64,000 nucleotides of DNA, taken from positions 2,682,457 to 2,746,456 of the forward strand of contig OZ316894.1 of NCBI GenBank assembly GCA_973895155.1, in the 5' to 3' direction. A model generated the notes under the pieces. The model ran no database searches, was not told where the DNA came from, and worked only from the letters and a program-made list of their open reading frames with translations. Positions within the stretch are counted from its first letter, which is position 1; every line of letters begins with the position of its first letter. Shown here one piece after another: positions 36,613 through 49,288 of the stretch. The position numbers and the translations under genes are program-made. This stretch comes from Marsupella aquatica (Eukaryota; Plantae; Marchantiophyta).

Positions 36613-38270
36613 TTGGTCACCACAGATTCTTCTGGTGCTGCTGGGTTACCTGATGGACGACGGACCGGTTTCACTCGAAGTGGGGCGCAGTTTTGGCCAA
36701 CGACATTGGTAGCAATCAGCAATGCAGCTTCATACAGTGATTCCGATGAGGACTCAATGACCAGTTCTCCTCATCATCAGGTGGTTGCACCTTTGTTGTG
36801 GGATATGGACGAGATGTACGGGGCTACAAAGGGCCCATGATGATACTCTGGTGCAGTTGGCACAATTGATCTAGATGACTTCATCCAAGAGTTTGATACG
36901 TGGTGCGATATGCAGACATTGCGTAACGCCACATTGTTTACCCCTTTCATGGCATGGAAGGGATTATTTCAGCATTTGGAGGGGCCACCCATGGATGAGT
37001 ACCATGAGTTCCGGAAGGCTTATTTGGTTGAGATTGAGGCATGGAGGCAACATTGGTCACCTAATTACATGTCCATCACCTATGGCACTAGTGCGGCTGC
37101 TCAACCCATTGCCACAGCTGCTGCTTCTTCTAGCAGCACTAGCCAGAGTGGCACACCATCCACCAGCAGCACTCCAGCAGCATCCACCGCTACTCTTGCC
37201 GATGTGATTATGACGGGAACTGGAGTTGCGCCAGCATTTAACCCTGTGGTGGAATTCTTTGAGGTACTAAAGCAAACTATCAGGGTATGAGAATTGATAA
37301 GTTGAAGGGTCTCCAGGAGTTCCAGCGCAAGACTGGAGAGAGTCTACGTGAGGCATACACTCGTATGCGCAGATTGATCACTGTCACCAAGGGAGTGACA
37401 GAGATTAAGGCAGTCCAGTTTTGATATGCAATTCTGGATAGAGAATTGCGACGCAGAGTGAGAGATGTCACTCTACTTAGGGATGCAGATCCCACATTAG
37501 CAGTTGTTTTTACCCTTTTTGAGCGCATTGAGCTCAATATGGTGAATGAGAAGGTGGTGACTTCCAGATTTGCCAAGGAAGCACCAAAGGCTGCATCTAC
37601 ATCCACACCACAGCCTACTGCACGGAAGAGCCAGAGGGAGAAGCCTACTGCACGAGAGTCTACCAGCCACAGACCTGTGCGCTCTTATGTTGGACAGCAG
37701 TCAGGATGTTGGACCTGTGGTGGGGATCATGCACAGAGATATTTCCCAGATCATAGAGGATCAGGGGGAGCATCAGCGCCTGATCAGCGACAATGTGATC
37801 ATTGTGGAGCTCCTGGACACACCAAGGATAGGTGTTTCTCACTCCACCCTGAGTTACGGAGAGGAGGATCCCGTACACATGATCAGGGAAGAGGAGGAGG
37901 AGGTAGAGGTGGTGGACGTGGTCGTGGCATGCCACATGCAGGGAGACAGGGAGGTGACACTACCCTTGCTGTAACCATAGATCCAAAGGATGCTAAGATT
38001 GCTCAATTGGAGCAACAGCTAGCTACCATGGCTAGTTCCCAAGTGAGACCTACTTCTGGTGATGGGGCATCTACATCCTATGGACCTTCCATATCCCATG
38101 GTCCTTCCACATCTTATGGAGCTGATGGAGACCTTGCCACCATGGGATTCATGTGTGGCAGCCAAAGTCTTGAGCCCCGAGGAGCAGTAGTGGAGTTAGA
38201 TCCACAGAGGGGGGATGCACGTCGGCAGACAAAGCTTCTTCAGTCTTTTACAATGTCAGAGACAGTTTAG
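36613..38270 (+). pseudogene. Gypsy gag (disrupted)
   Basis: TRSG N-terminal motif; DLDDFIQEFDTWCDMQ; ESLREAYTRMRRLI; CCHC knuckles CDHCGAPGHTKDRC and degenerate CWTCGGDH; RGG tract. Confidence 0.8.
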
Positions 38271-38699
38271 ACTGCCTCTATGAACCCGATTCGGACAAAC
38301 CCTAGCGTGGGTAAGCTGGCAGAATCAGGTAGTGATGCAGTAGGGATGACAGGTATCCTGTTGGGGGTGGCTACTGCCATGGTACGCACCCCATTATTTT
38401 CAGCGACAAACATGCTAAAATTGGGAGTTGGTCCTGCAGAAGTGTTCAGATTGGCAGCTACACTCTGTGAGAACACTCCAGTGGTTGCTTCCCATGCAGA
38501 AGCAGCTTGCAATGTTGAAGCAGTGAAGACCATACCACCTACTACTACTAGTGAGACATGGCATGCAGCAGCAGCAAGATTGGTGGATTTACCAGCACGC
38601 CCTGCATTTGAGAGGACTAGGTTTAAACCTAGTGTTGTATCATTGGATAATCGGAGTGGTATCTTCTGATTAGTTGGGCCTTCTGGAGCAGTATACCAG

Positions 38700-39020
38700 C
38701 CAGAGAGGGTGTTACTAGATACTGGTGCTCAACCCTTGATGTTGGGAAAGTCTGTCATACGTGGATTGGGATTGCGTCCAGAGGATTTGGAGGATTGTCC
38801 CTTTCCCATTCAGACTTCATTGGGGGGACCTACACCTACACAGCACATTACCAAGGGACCTCTTGATTTGAGGATTCAAGAGGTCATACCACAGATAGCT
38901 CACAGATACAGGCGCGAGCTATTCTGACTAAGGCAGAGTCATATGATGTGTTGGTGGGATGTACAGTGCTCTACCCTATGGGATTTATTCTTGATTTTTG
39001 GGAGGAATCAGTGTCATATA
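38700..39020 (+). pseudogene. Gypsy aspartic protease (disrupted)
   Basis: VLLDTGAQP catalytic motif and YDVLVG motif. Confidence 0.8.
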
Positions 39021-39419
39021 GACCTGATTGGCAGTCAGGAGATGCTCGATTGGGCAAATTGCCAGTGATATTTAGTGGACCTGTGGGAGGCCCTAAATCC
39101 ACACCATTGTCTTTGGCAGCATTCAGTGGTCTAATTGCTGGACCTGATGATTTGATTGAGGATAATGCGCATGCAGCAAATGTTCCACCATTGGAGGAGT
39201 CTCATAAGGAGCACATCATGCGAGGATTACCTGTTGGCAGTGTTGTGCCACCAGTGTGGGGCACTGCACAGGCCTTGCCACAGACAGCAGCATGATTGGT
39301 ACATGATGCATGGCGTCATGCTTTTACACCACAGTCAGGAGCAGAGCAGCCTCTTGCAAATGGACCTGTGACTCTTTCACCATTGGATACCACTCCTATT
39401 GCTTGGCAGTATCCACCGG

Positions 39420-40380
39420 AGGGTATTTGTTTGTTGGATCTTTTTGGTGGGATTAGCACTGGATTGGCTGTTGTTCTTCAGGCAAGAATTTTTGTGCGTT
39501 TTTATTTGTATGTGGAGTCAGATGAGACAGCATGGAGGGTCTCATTGCGACATGTGGCTATGTTGGTGGATAGATATCCACAGTTGCTGCCAGTGGATGT
39601 TGTTCGTGGTTATCAGCATGCACTACCTGCTGATATTTCATTGCTAGGGGCAGATCATCTGCATCGTGTTGGCCCCATTGATTTGGTGATTCCTAGTTGG
39701 CCATGTCAGGGCCAATCTAGAGCTGGCGTTGGGCATGGACTTCATGATCCACGCTCTGCATTGTTTTGGGAGATGTTACGGGTGCTACGTCATCTCCAGC
39801 TACATCAAACACAGTCTCCAGCATACATTTTAGAGAATGTGTCATTGTTAGGTGATGATCATAGTCGGATTGTTGCCAATGTTCACCAGGTGAGGTCTTG
39901 GATTGGACCTGCTGTGTTATTGGATGCTGCACGTGTGGGTTCTCGTGCACATCGTCCACGCTTGTGGTGGACTAATTTGATCCCATGTGAGGTGCTAAAT
40001 CGCGCATTTGACAGCATTCCACGCTCACCAGCCTTAGTGGTGGATGATATTTTGGATCTAGGGCGTCGTGCACAGGGTGTGACCCAACCTGATAGACCTC
40101 CATTGGCAATGGTCAATGTAGTTGGGTGCCCACGTTGTGCATTACCCACTCTTGTAAGCCACTCTGCTTCATATGCATTCAGAGCAGGTGACCCTGGACT
40201 TGTGTGGGACACAGCTCTCTAGCAGTTAGTGGAACCTACTGCTGATGAGAAAGAGCGTGCTATGGGATTTTTGACTGGCACCATTGCAGTTGCCTTTGTG
40301 TCAGAGGGTTTGCGGCGCCAAGTTCTTGGTCAAACAATGGACCTAAATTGTTTGACTTTGATTATCAGCTTGGGAGTAGC
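39420..40380 (+). pseudogene. C5 cytosine DNA methyltransferase domain within the Gypsy polyprotein
   Basis: Motif I LDLFGGI; motif II YVE; motif IV WPCQ (39701); motif VI ENV (39833); motif VIII AHRPRLWW; motifs IX-X EKERAMGF...RRQVLGQTMD; one stop at ~40220. Confidence 0.92.
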
Positions 40381-40606
40381 TGAACAGTTGCGGATGCGCT
40401 CTACTGGAATTACTGATTGTCCCTTGGTGAGCTTGCGGTCCACTAAGACAGTACTGACCACAGTTGGGGGCGAGCAGACAGTCCATGGACCTATGGCAGG
40501 ATTGGCCAAGGTTGGACAGATTGTTGAGCAGGAAGGGACTGCTCAATCTACTGCTAAATAGCAATCATCGGCTATCTCTTCTACCCTACAAAGAGATATT
40601 AGGGAT

Positions 40607-42050
40607 TTGGTGGAGAGTTGGGAACCACAGCTTGGCCCTAAGTTGACAGGGGAGGAGAGACGTCGCATGCATCGATTCCTGAAGAGTTACTGGAATTGTT
40701 TTGCATTTAGCATGAAGGATTTAGGGATATTAAAGGGTCCTGGTATTCAAATTGGATTGGCTAGTGATGCGCCAATCTTTCGTAGGCCATACCGTTATAG
40801 TGACATGGAGAGAGCTCTGATTCAAAGCAGAACTCAAGATTTGTTGAAGGCTGGATTGGTGGAGATTTCATATGGGGAGTATGCAACTGCCACAGTGATG
40901 CCAGCCAAGAAGGATGTGCATGGCAATTACACAGATAGGTGCATGTGTGGTGATTACAGACTCATTAATCGCCAGACAAAATCTGATAGATATGCCATGC
41001 CCACACCTGAGGAGATCTTTGATGTTGTGGGGCATGCAAAGGTTTTTAGTTCATTGGATCTGAGGGCAGGGTACCATCAGCTTCCAATTAGGCATGTTGA
41101 CAGGTCCAAGACAACATTCTGGGGGATTGATTCTTATGGCAAAGATCGTTTGTATCAGTGATTATTCTTACCATTTGGGTTGAAGAATGCACCAGCTGAG
41201 TTCCAGAGAGTCATAGATCAAATCCTTGCAGGTTTGGATTTTGTCAGATGTTATATTGATGATATTTTGTTCTATTCTTCTACTATGGAAGAACATCAGC
41301 AGCACTTGCAGATTGTGTTGGAGAGATTGAGAGCACATGGGTTGAAGCTCCATCCTAGCAAGTGTAAGTTCTTCCAAGACCAGATTGAGTATTTGGGCCA
41401 CACTATATTCTTAGGGGGATTGGGTGTACAACAGACTAAAGTGGAGGCCATTACCCAGATTCCTTGTCCTACTGATGTGAGTAGAGTTCGTGCATTCTTG
41501 GGATTGGCGAGCTACTACAGGAGGTATGTTAAAGGATTTAGCCAGCTTGCTAAAACTTTGACCATACTCACTAAGTTGGATCAGGAATGGATTTGGGGTG
41601 ATGACCAGGAGCATGCCTTTCAGGAGTTGAAGCAAAGGTTGGCATCATCCCCTATTTTGAGAAGACCCATTTCAGGCAGACCATTTCAGCTACACACTGA
41701 TTGGAGTGGAGTAGGACTTGGAGCAGTGCTGACTCAAAAGGATGATGAGGGGAATGAGTTTGTTGTGGCTTATGCCAGTAGATCAAACAATTTAGCAGAG
41801 ACTAAGTATAGCTCTTATGAGGGAGAGTGTTTGGCAGTAGTGTGGGCTGTTGCACACTTTTGTTGCTATTTGTTTGGTAACCCCTTCACCTTGATCATTG
41901 ATCATCAGCCTCTTAAGTGGTTAATGGAGTCTGACAAGCTTACAAGGAAGTTGCACGATGGGCATTGTTGTTACAGGAGTATGATTTCCAGGTGGTGCAT
42001 AGGCCTGGAAAAGTGAACTTGGATGCAGATGGATTAAGCCGCAATCCATG
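40607..42050 (+). pseudogene. Gypsy reverse transcriptase and RNase H (disrupted)
   Basis: RRPYR, MCGDYR, LDLRAGYHQ, PFGLKNAP, YIDD; RNase H LHTDWS, YASR, EGECLAVVW, DHQPL. Confidence 0.95.
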
Positions 42051-42144
42051 TACCAGTCAGCAGGATGAGACTGGAGCCAGATGGCATGATGAATCAGATA
42101 AGGAGATGGTGCCAGGATGACATGCATCTACCTTTCTTTGTTGG

Positions 42145-43546
42145 GTGTCAGCATACAGTGGATCTGTGGACTCTACCTCATTGGATGGAGTGGATGATGA
42201 GTCTTCAGATGTGGATGTTGGTGAGGTAACTTCTGGACAACAAAATATTCACAATGATGTGAGAGTGTTGGAATATCTGCGCAGTGGTTCTATTGTTGGT
42301 AGTGTTGATGCCAAAGAACGTGACAGGGTTCTACAGAGAGCCAAGAGGTTTCAATGGGAGGGAAACCATCTTTTAAGAGTACTGCATGATGGTAGGGTGT
42401 TGGTGGTACCAAAACCATCACAACAAGTACATTTGGTGCGACATGCACACGAGGAGTTGGGTCACTTTGGTGTGAAGCGCACTTATAGCTTGCTGCAGAC
42501 ACAATATTGGTGGCGTGGTATGCACACTCATGTCCAGCAGTTGATAGCTAAGTGTGTGGTATGTGATAGAGTGAGAGCATCATTTAATGCTCCCACTCCC
42601 CAGTTGCACCCGTTGCCGATCATGGGTTTGGGATATCGTTGGAGTTTGGATTTTGCTGGTCCATTACCTCTTACCCAACGTCATAATTGGTATGTTTTGG
42701 TCATGGTGGAGCACTTCTCCAAGTGGATTGAGCTAGTGGCGTTGCCAGATAAAGCCAGTGGAGGAGTTGCTACTACATTTTTAGATCGTGTACTCAGTCA
42801 TTTTGGAGCACCAGCTGAGGTGTTGACTGATCAGGGAACTGAGTTCCATGGAGAGTTTGAGAGTTTGTGTGAACAAGCTCTGATTGATCATCGTACTACC
42901 TCTCGTGATCATCCTGAGGCAGATAGATTAGCTGAGAGAGTTGTGCAAACTGTCTGTGAAGAGAGGATTGCGTAAGTATGGCTTGCAGGTTGGTCATCTG
43001 GGAGATTGGGATCTCCAGCTACCTTGGTTAGCTATGGGCTACCGTTTCAGTCGGCAAGCATCACTTGCATCCTTTTCACCTTACCTTTTGCTCTATGGTA
43101 GAGAGCCAAATTTTTCAGTAGCTATTCGTCGTGATGATGCACCAGTTGTGAACTTGGATGATCCTGATGTTTGGATCAAGGTGTGTTCAGAGAGAGCACG
43201 GGTATTTTAGAGAGTGATGCCCATGGCTTTTGACAACCTTGCCATTGCCCAACATCGTGATACTTTGAGGTATGCCACTATTCGTGGAGGAGGTTACCAT
43301 GCAAGCATTCGACGATTTCATCCTGGTGATTATGTTTATTTGCAGCAGACAGCACCCACAACACTTGATGTGACCGTAGGCCGGACAATCTTATGTGTGC
43401 GTGAAGTGTTGCCTTCTGGTGTCCTGATATTAGAGGGACTCGATGGTATGGTTTGGAAGGATCATGTGCGCAACTGTGCACCATGTCACCTTCCCAACAT
43501 TGATGGTACAGTAGATCCAAGCTTGGCACATGTTCGTGTTGCTTGA
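42145..43546 (+). pseudogene. Gypsy DDE integrase (disrupted)
   Basis: HEELGHFG...CVVC Zn finger; LDFAGP, TDQG and LAER catalytic motifs; SPYLLLYGREP. Confidence 0.92.
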
Positions 43547-43548
43547 AA

Positions 43549-43686
43549 TGTATGTTGTGTGGATCTGCTCAGGGAGCAGCTACTATGTTGATTTGTGATA
43601 AGTGTTCTAGAGGATGGCACGTCATGTTTGACACCACCATTGTAGGTGATTCCTAGTGGATCATGGTTGTGTCCTTAGTGTCGGTG
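43549..43686 (+). pseudogene. PHD finger at the integrase C-terminus
   Basis: CMLCGSAQGAATMLICDKCSRGWH/CLTPPL*VIPSGSWLCP*C, a C4HC3 pattern with one frameshift and two stops. Confidence 0.85.
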
Positions 43687-43862
43687 AAGCCGACTAGTTA
43701 TCATTTGTGTTCTCTTGGTAGATATGGATTGCAGGTAGGTGATCGATGGGGCTCACTTGCACCCGGCCTCCTGATCTTCACACCTAAAAAGGTGTATATC
43801 AACCTTGTAGAATTCATGGCTAGCTAGAGTTAGGGGATCTTACTTCCAGCTAGGGGGGCGAT

Positions 43863-44468
43863 TGTGGGTTTTGGACATGTGTGGACATGAGTTCCACTAC
43901 AAGTATTCCATTCTCTTGTGTTTGTGATGTGGTAGTGTGACTATGTTTGGATGTATGTGACAAGCGATGTATGTTGTGTAGCGATGTGTATGCTCACGAC
44001 AGCTGTCACATCATTCTAGGTAGTGTTAGAGTGTATCGTACTATCTAGATCCGTATGTTTGGTATGTGTGCTATATGAGCCGATAAGGTTCCGTCAGGTT
44101 TGTGTGAGAGGGTACTTATCACTTGTGAGGCATTGTAAGGTCATCTTTCAATGTTGAGCCTTGGACAGAGAGGAGCTTGAGTGGCTATGGCAGCTGTGAG
44201 CTCCGCTTGTGTAACGTGGATTCCTTGAGTAGTGCAAGGTGCGTTGGCTTGACATACGTGTGTGATCGGATCGATGCGAGATCAATGGGGTATTGTTGAC
44301 CGGGATCGTTGTGCCGATTGTATTGAGATTATTGTGGGTTTTGGACATGTGTGGACATGAGTTCCACTTGTATTCCATTCTCTTGTGTTTGTGATGTCGT
44401 AGTGTGACTATGTTTGGATGTATGTGACAAGCGATGTATGTTGTGTAGCGATCTGTATGCGCACGACA
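43863..44468 (+). repeat. Gypsy 3' repeat block A1 (43863-44001) - GC - B2 (44004-44331) - A2 (44333-44468)
   Basis: A1 and A2 are ~137-bp direct repeats; B2 repeats 34861-35187. Confidence 0.92.
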
Positions 44469-44472
44469 GTGT

Positions 44473-47206
44473 CTTGAGTGACTCTCCAAAGGAATCACTT
44501 TGGTAAAAAGCATCAGTCGGGTTGAGCTTTCCATCAACCTTGATTAGCTCAAAAATTTTACTAGACACTGCTTGCCTAATAAAATGGTACCTGATGTCAA
44601 TGTGCTTCACCCTACTATCCATAACTTGGTTAATAGCTAGGTGAAGAGCACTCTGGCTGTCACAATGAAGAGCCATTTTTCCATGTTTCAATCCCATCTC
44701 AGTGACCAGCTTATCCAACCAAATTGCTTCCTTTGCTGCTTCTGCTGCTATAACATATTCTGCTTCTGTAGTAGATTGAGATACACACTTTTGCAAGGTA
44801 GACCTCCGACTTATGCATCCTCCTCCAAGAGTAAACATATACCTAGTTGTTGACCTTCTTATTTGCAGAGAGCCTCTGTAGTCAGAATCTATATAGCCAA
44901 CCAAAGATTTGGTTTTGTTTGATTTACTTTCAAACAACAAACCATAGTCTATTGTGCCCTTAAGATACCTGAGAATCCATTTCACAGCCTCCCAATGTAC
45001 CTTCCCTAGATTTGACATAAATTTACTCACTTTGCCCATTGCTAGGGCTAGATCAGGCCTGGTACACGTCATCACATACATTAGACTACCCACTGCCTTC
45101 TCATAAGGAACCTTAGTCATCAAGCCTCTCTCCACTGGATCCGTGGGGCAGAAAGCCGATGATAACTTAAAATGTGGAGCCAAATGAATACTTAGTACTG
45201 GCTTACAATTCTCCATGTTGAATCTTGCAAGTACCTTTTTAGCATACTTGCCTTGATTCAACCACAACTGTCAAGTCTCAAAGTTCCTCGTAATCTCCAT
45301 ACCTAAGATCCTTTTGGCTTTCCCAAGATCCTTCATTCGGAATTCAGAATTCAGTTTCGCTTTGAGTTTGTCAACCTTAGACTGATCCTTAGCCACAATC
45401 AACATGTCATCCACATAATGCACCATAATGAGTAAACCAAACACACTATTCTTGACTGATTTTGTATACACACAAGGGTCATACACCATCCTAGTGAATC
45501 ATTGTGCAAGCGTGAAATCATCAAACCGCTTGTTTCATCGCCGAGGAGCTTGCTTCAATCCATCCAGGGACTTAAGCAACCTACAAACTAAACTCTCTTG
45601 GCCCTTCTTCACAAAGCTCAGTGGTTGCCTCATGAAAATTTGTTCCTCCAAGGTCCCATAGAGAAAAGCAAAAACAACATCCATTTGATCTAACACCAGA
45701 TCAAAAAACATAACAAGTTAACACAAAATTTGTATAATGGAATACTTGGCAACTGGTGAGAAGACCTCATTATAATCCACTCTTTTCTCCTGAGTGAATC
45801 CCTTGGCAACAAGCCTTCCCTTGTATATCTTGTATATCTTGTATCCTCCATCTGAAGAGTTGTCCTTTAGCTTGTAAATCCACTTGCTGTCCATCACTTG
45901 TTGATTATTTGACAGTTGCACTAGCTTCCATGTTTTGTTGTCACTTAAAGATTGCAACTCCCTCTGCATTGTTGCATTCCATTCATCTTTTTCATCCAAA
46001 ATGCACGCATCATGATATGAAGAAGGTTCTCCTTCTTCCAAGATTAGTTTAGCAGTGTCCCATGCTGCTAAGCCGCAGAATCGGCTTTGCCGAGAGTAAA
46101 ACTTGCGGGAATCGGCTTGTGCAGGGTCATCCAATTCCAACAATTTGATAAGGGTGATCATTTCTCATCAACACAAAACCGGTTGATACCGAGTAAGAAC
46201 TAAAAATTCTTTCATGTACAATAAATATGATAGGTATAGGCACAATCCAAAATCCATTCGTCAACGATGGTTTTGGATAAAATGCAAAGGGCAACATCTT
46301 GACTAAGTTACAAGATTTCATCATCGAGCAAGTTGGTCATATCAACATCAATGGCTGCATTTGCTGATGGTTGATGAGTCTGCTTGACTCGACAATCTCT
46401 TTTCATGTGGCCAGTCTTGCCACATTTCTAGCATGTAATCGGTTTCCTTTATAGAGATTTCTCTCTAGACCTAGATCTAGACTTAGACCTAGCCTTGTCC
46501 TTGCCTCTATTTTGTGAAGGGAACGATTGTGAAAAGACTTATTTTCTCCAATCATCCGTTGTTAGTCCTCTCACGGTTCACATTCAACACATTGTCGGAT
46601 GAAGATGGTGTCTGGGCATGACCTAATTTCTTCTATGCATCATCTGACAGCAAAGAGTTTACCACCTCATCATATGAAATAGTTTTTAGGTCTCTATACA
46701 AGAGAAACTACTTCAAACCCTAATATAATGGGGATAAGGAGCTGAGAAGAAGCAATGCTTTATCTTCATCTTCCACTCCCTTGCCAAGATTTGACAAATC
46801 CATAACTAGGTTGTCAAATTCATCCAAGTGATCTCTAAGCTTGCCTCCTTCTTTGAGCCGCAAGCTTATCAAGAGACACTTCTTGTACAACCAATCTGAG
46901 GCATCCTCACCGTAGTACTTCTCTTTTAGAGCCTTGAACAAGGCTATGCAATCCTCATAGTCATCCAGCTTCTAGATGATGTGCGGTTTCAGATACAGTA
47001 TCACCGCATTAACATCGATCACTTGCTCCTGTCTCCATTTCCTCAACAGGATCTCCTCTTCACCGCTAGACTCCTTCTAAGTAGATAGCAAATGATCTAA
47101 GCCCATAGCATAAAAAATTTCCTTGACCTACTTCTCCCATAGCAAGCAATCCGTCCGCCCATCATACTTTTCCACCTCAAATTTGACACCTCCAAATTTG
47201 GATGTC
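44473..47206 (-). pseudogene. Copia-2 gag / PR / RT / RNase H remnants; integrase deleted
   Basis: FEVEKYDGR gag; C*KCGKTGHMKRDC; RLVAKGFTQ; YVDDML; RNase H STTEAEY, CDSQSAL, KHIDIRYHFIR. Confidence 0.9.
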
Positions 47207-49288
47207 ATCTTTGTCCTCCCGATGTTCTCCACGTGCTATTGTTGCACTGCTTTCTATATCATTTTGTCACTTTTTCCTTTATTCCGTCCCGGTGACTCAA
47301 CTAAAAATCACAAAAAAATGTCAATTTTTGCAACTTCTCAAAAAACTTGTAGCTTGTCACAGCCACGTAGCCCACCAACCTAGCAAACCAATACCAAAAT
47401 TCAAAATTGAAACAGAGCTCCGACAAAAAACTTTTTCACGTTTTGGTGGGGATGGGTAAAACTCAAAAATCTCCCTTGTTTGGATCACCTCGGGGAATAA
47501 CCAAAATGCCAAGTACCACCCATCGTAGGAAATACAAATTGATTGGTACACCGCATTGCTAGCTTTAGTGGCTACGACCTTGCCAAAAAAGAACCCAAAA
47601 AGTTATTGTCTTCCGGTCAAAATCTTTTACAAACGGCCAAAAACATGATCTCTATATTTTTGGAATATTCTTCAATTGTGCAGTAGGTTTCATAGGGGCC
47701 AATTCCCCCTATCCAAGCGGTTAAATTGGTGGGTCATCCAGCCCGGGATGCTGCTTAACTAATGAGAGGAAGGGAGAAAAATTAAAAAGAAAATAGGCCT
47801 AAAGGGGGGTTTAAGCCCCTTAACATGAAAATACAATCCAAAAAGGCGCACTCGCCCATATGCGTGACGGGCTAGGCAGTATGCGTATGGTAGGTCGGGC
47901 ACGTACAAGGCGAGTGCGAGGGTCAAGGGAGTGGCAGCGTCACGAGTGGCTGTATACGCAGCCGTGTACTCTTGACAAGGCTGGGCCAGGGCTTGGGGGG
48001 TTAACTTTGTGTATATTTTGGGGTACCACATGCTATCCTAGCCTAATATAAACACATCTATTTTATAATGGAAATATTCTAAAAATATTCTCTAGTTTCA
48101 ATATTAATGACCTATTTTACTTTATAAAAGGTATATATTAGAGAATATTCTATAAATATGGGTTTATAATACCTTCTTTTGCTTCCTACGCTTTTTAAAA
48201 CTTTAGCTAATTTCTATGAAAATTACCTATTTTGGATCGCACGTGATTCCTAAATTTTTTTATAGTCAACCCCCCAAAGGCCAGGGAGGCGAGAAGTTGC
48301 GTTGCAACTTTGCGATTGCGTCCGACAGTTGCCGGCAACACGAGGTAACGCGTGGGGGTAAGGCGAGGGCGACCGGGGCACAACGAGAGGGTGGGGTATG
48401 GCCGCAACGGCGGCAACTGCGTCGGCCGGCGCTGGGCTGGCATTGCCGTGAATTAAGTATACAAGGTGGAGGGGTGGTCGTGGGCGTACATGGGGTAAGT
48501 GGGAGTATGGGGTCTGACGGCGTGTGTATACACACACAAAAAATGGCCCTTAAACCCCTTTTAAAAACCACAAGTTTGCGTAAACAAAAAGCCCGGGTTA
48601 CTCACTAAACTGATGCCAACTAACAGGAAAAAATGTTTCCAGATTTTTCCCCTTTGCCGTCATCAGGTCTAGCGGGCAAAATCTCCGCTATGTCTCCCTC
48701 GCTGTGCATCAAGTGCCAATCCCAAACTCAAAATGACCACCTTGTCGTGATCTCTCCGTTTAGCCATAGCACTTAGGGATTCTTCCCCGAGCCGAGCGTG
48801 ATGTCGAGAAACCCACTTCAGCCAAGGCTATGTCTCCATAGCCATGGAAAAACCAGAAACCACGTTGTTACTTGTTGCGTCGTACTCGATTCACCCTCGA
48901 CAACAAACCAGATACCAAAATGACCAACTTTGCACGATCTACAATTTGAGCTATAGTATGCAACACCTCGTGCACCGCACAACTCACACCGTCAAGTAAA
49001 CGATCTCAGGTCCCCCCCCAAAAGAACTGTCGAAGAAAACCGTCGAACACCAATCATAAAAAATCCAGAACGATGGAAACGTGAATTCCTCCGCACCACA
49101 AACTCCATTCAGAGATTTCTTTGCACCGTTAGATAGCCCTTGCCCCGCTCTATCCGATGAGCCCAACACCTCCAAGTTCTATGCAATGGAACTCCGTGAA
49201 ATCAACCAACACTAACCGCTGGAAAAACCATCACGAAAAAACCGATTGTCACCTTAGCGTCACCTCCCAAGATTGCTCTGATACCAAT

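Larger units (their letters stand above)
34861..44468 (+). mobile_element. Ty3/Gypsy-type retrotransposon (gag-PR-DNMT-RT-RH-IN-PHD) inserted into the last codons of Copia-2 RNase H
   Basis: TGTC...GACA termini; 4-bp TSD GTGT at 34857-34860 and 44469-44472; excision restores Copia ...ESHSRH|RATLQVLHLQH*; PPT-like TAGGGGGGCG at 43851-43860. Confidence 0.92.

Noticed and set aside
36701-36720. CGACA-TTGGTAGCA as a 5' LTR end plus PBS for the Gypsy element
   Set aside because: It lies inside the gag reading frame just after the TRSG motif, and the preceding sequence does not match repeat A.
34861-44468. Classification as a DIRS/Ngaro tyrosine-recombinase element because of the split repeats
   Set aside because: It encodes an aspartic protease and a DDE integrase, shows no YR motifs, and has a TSD.
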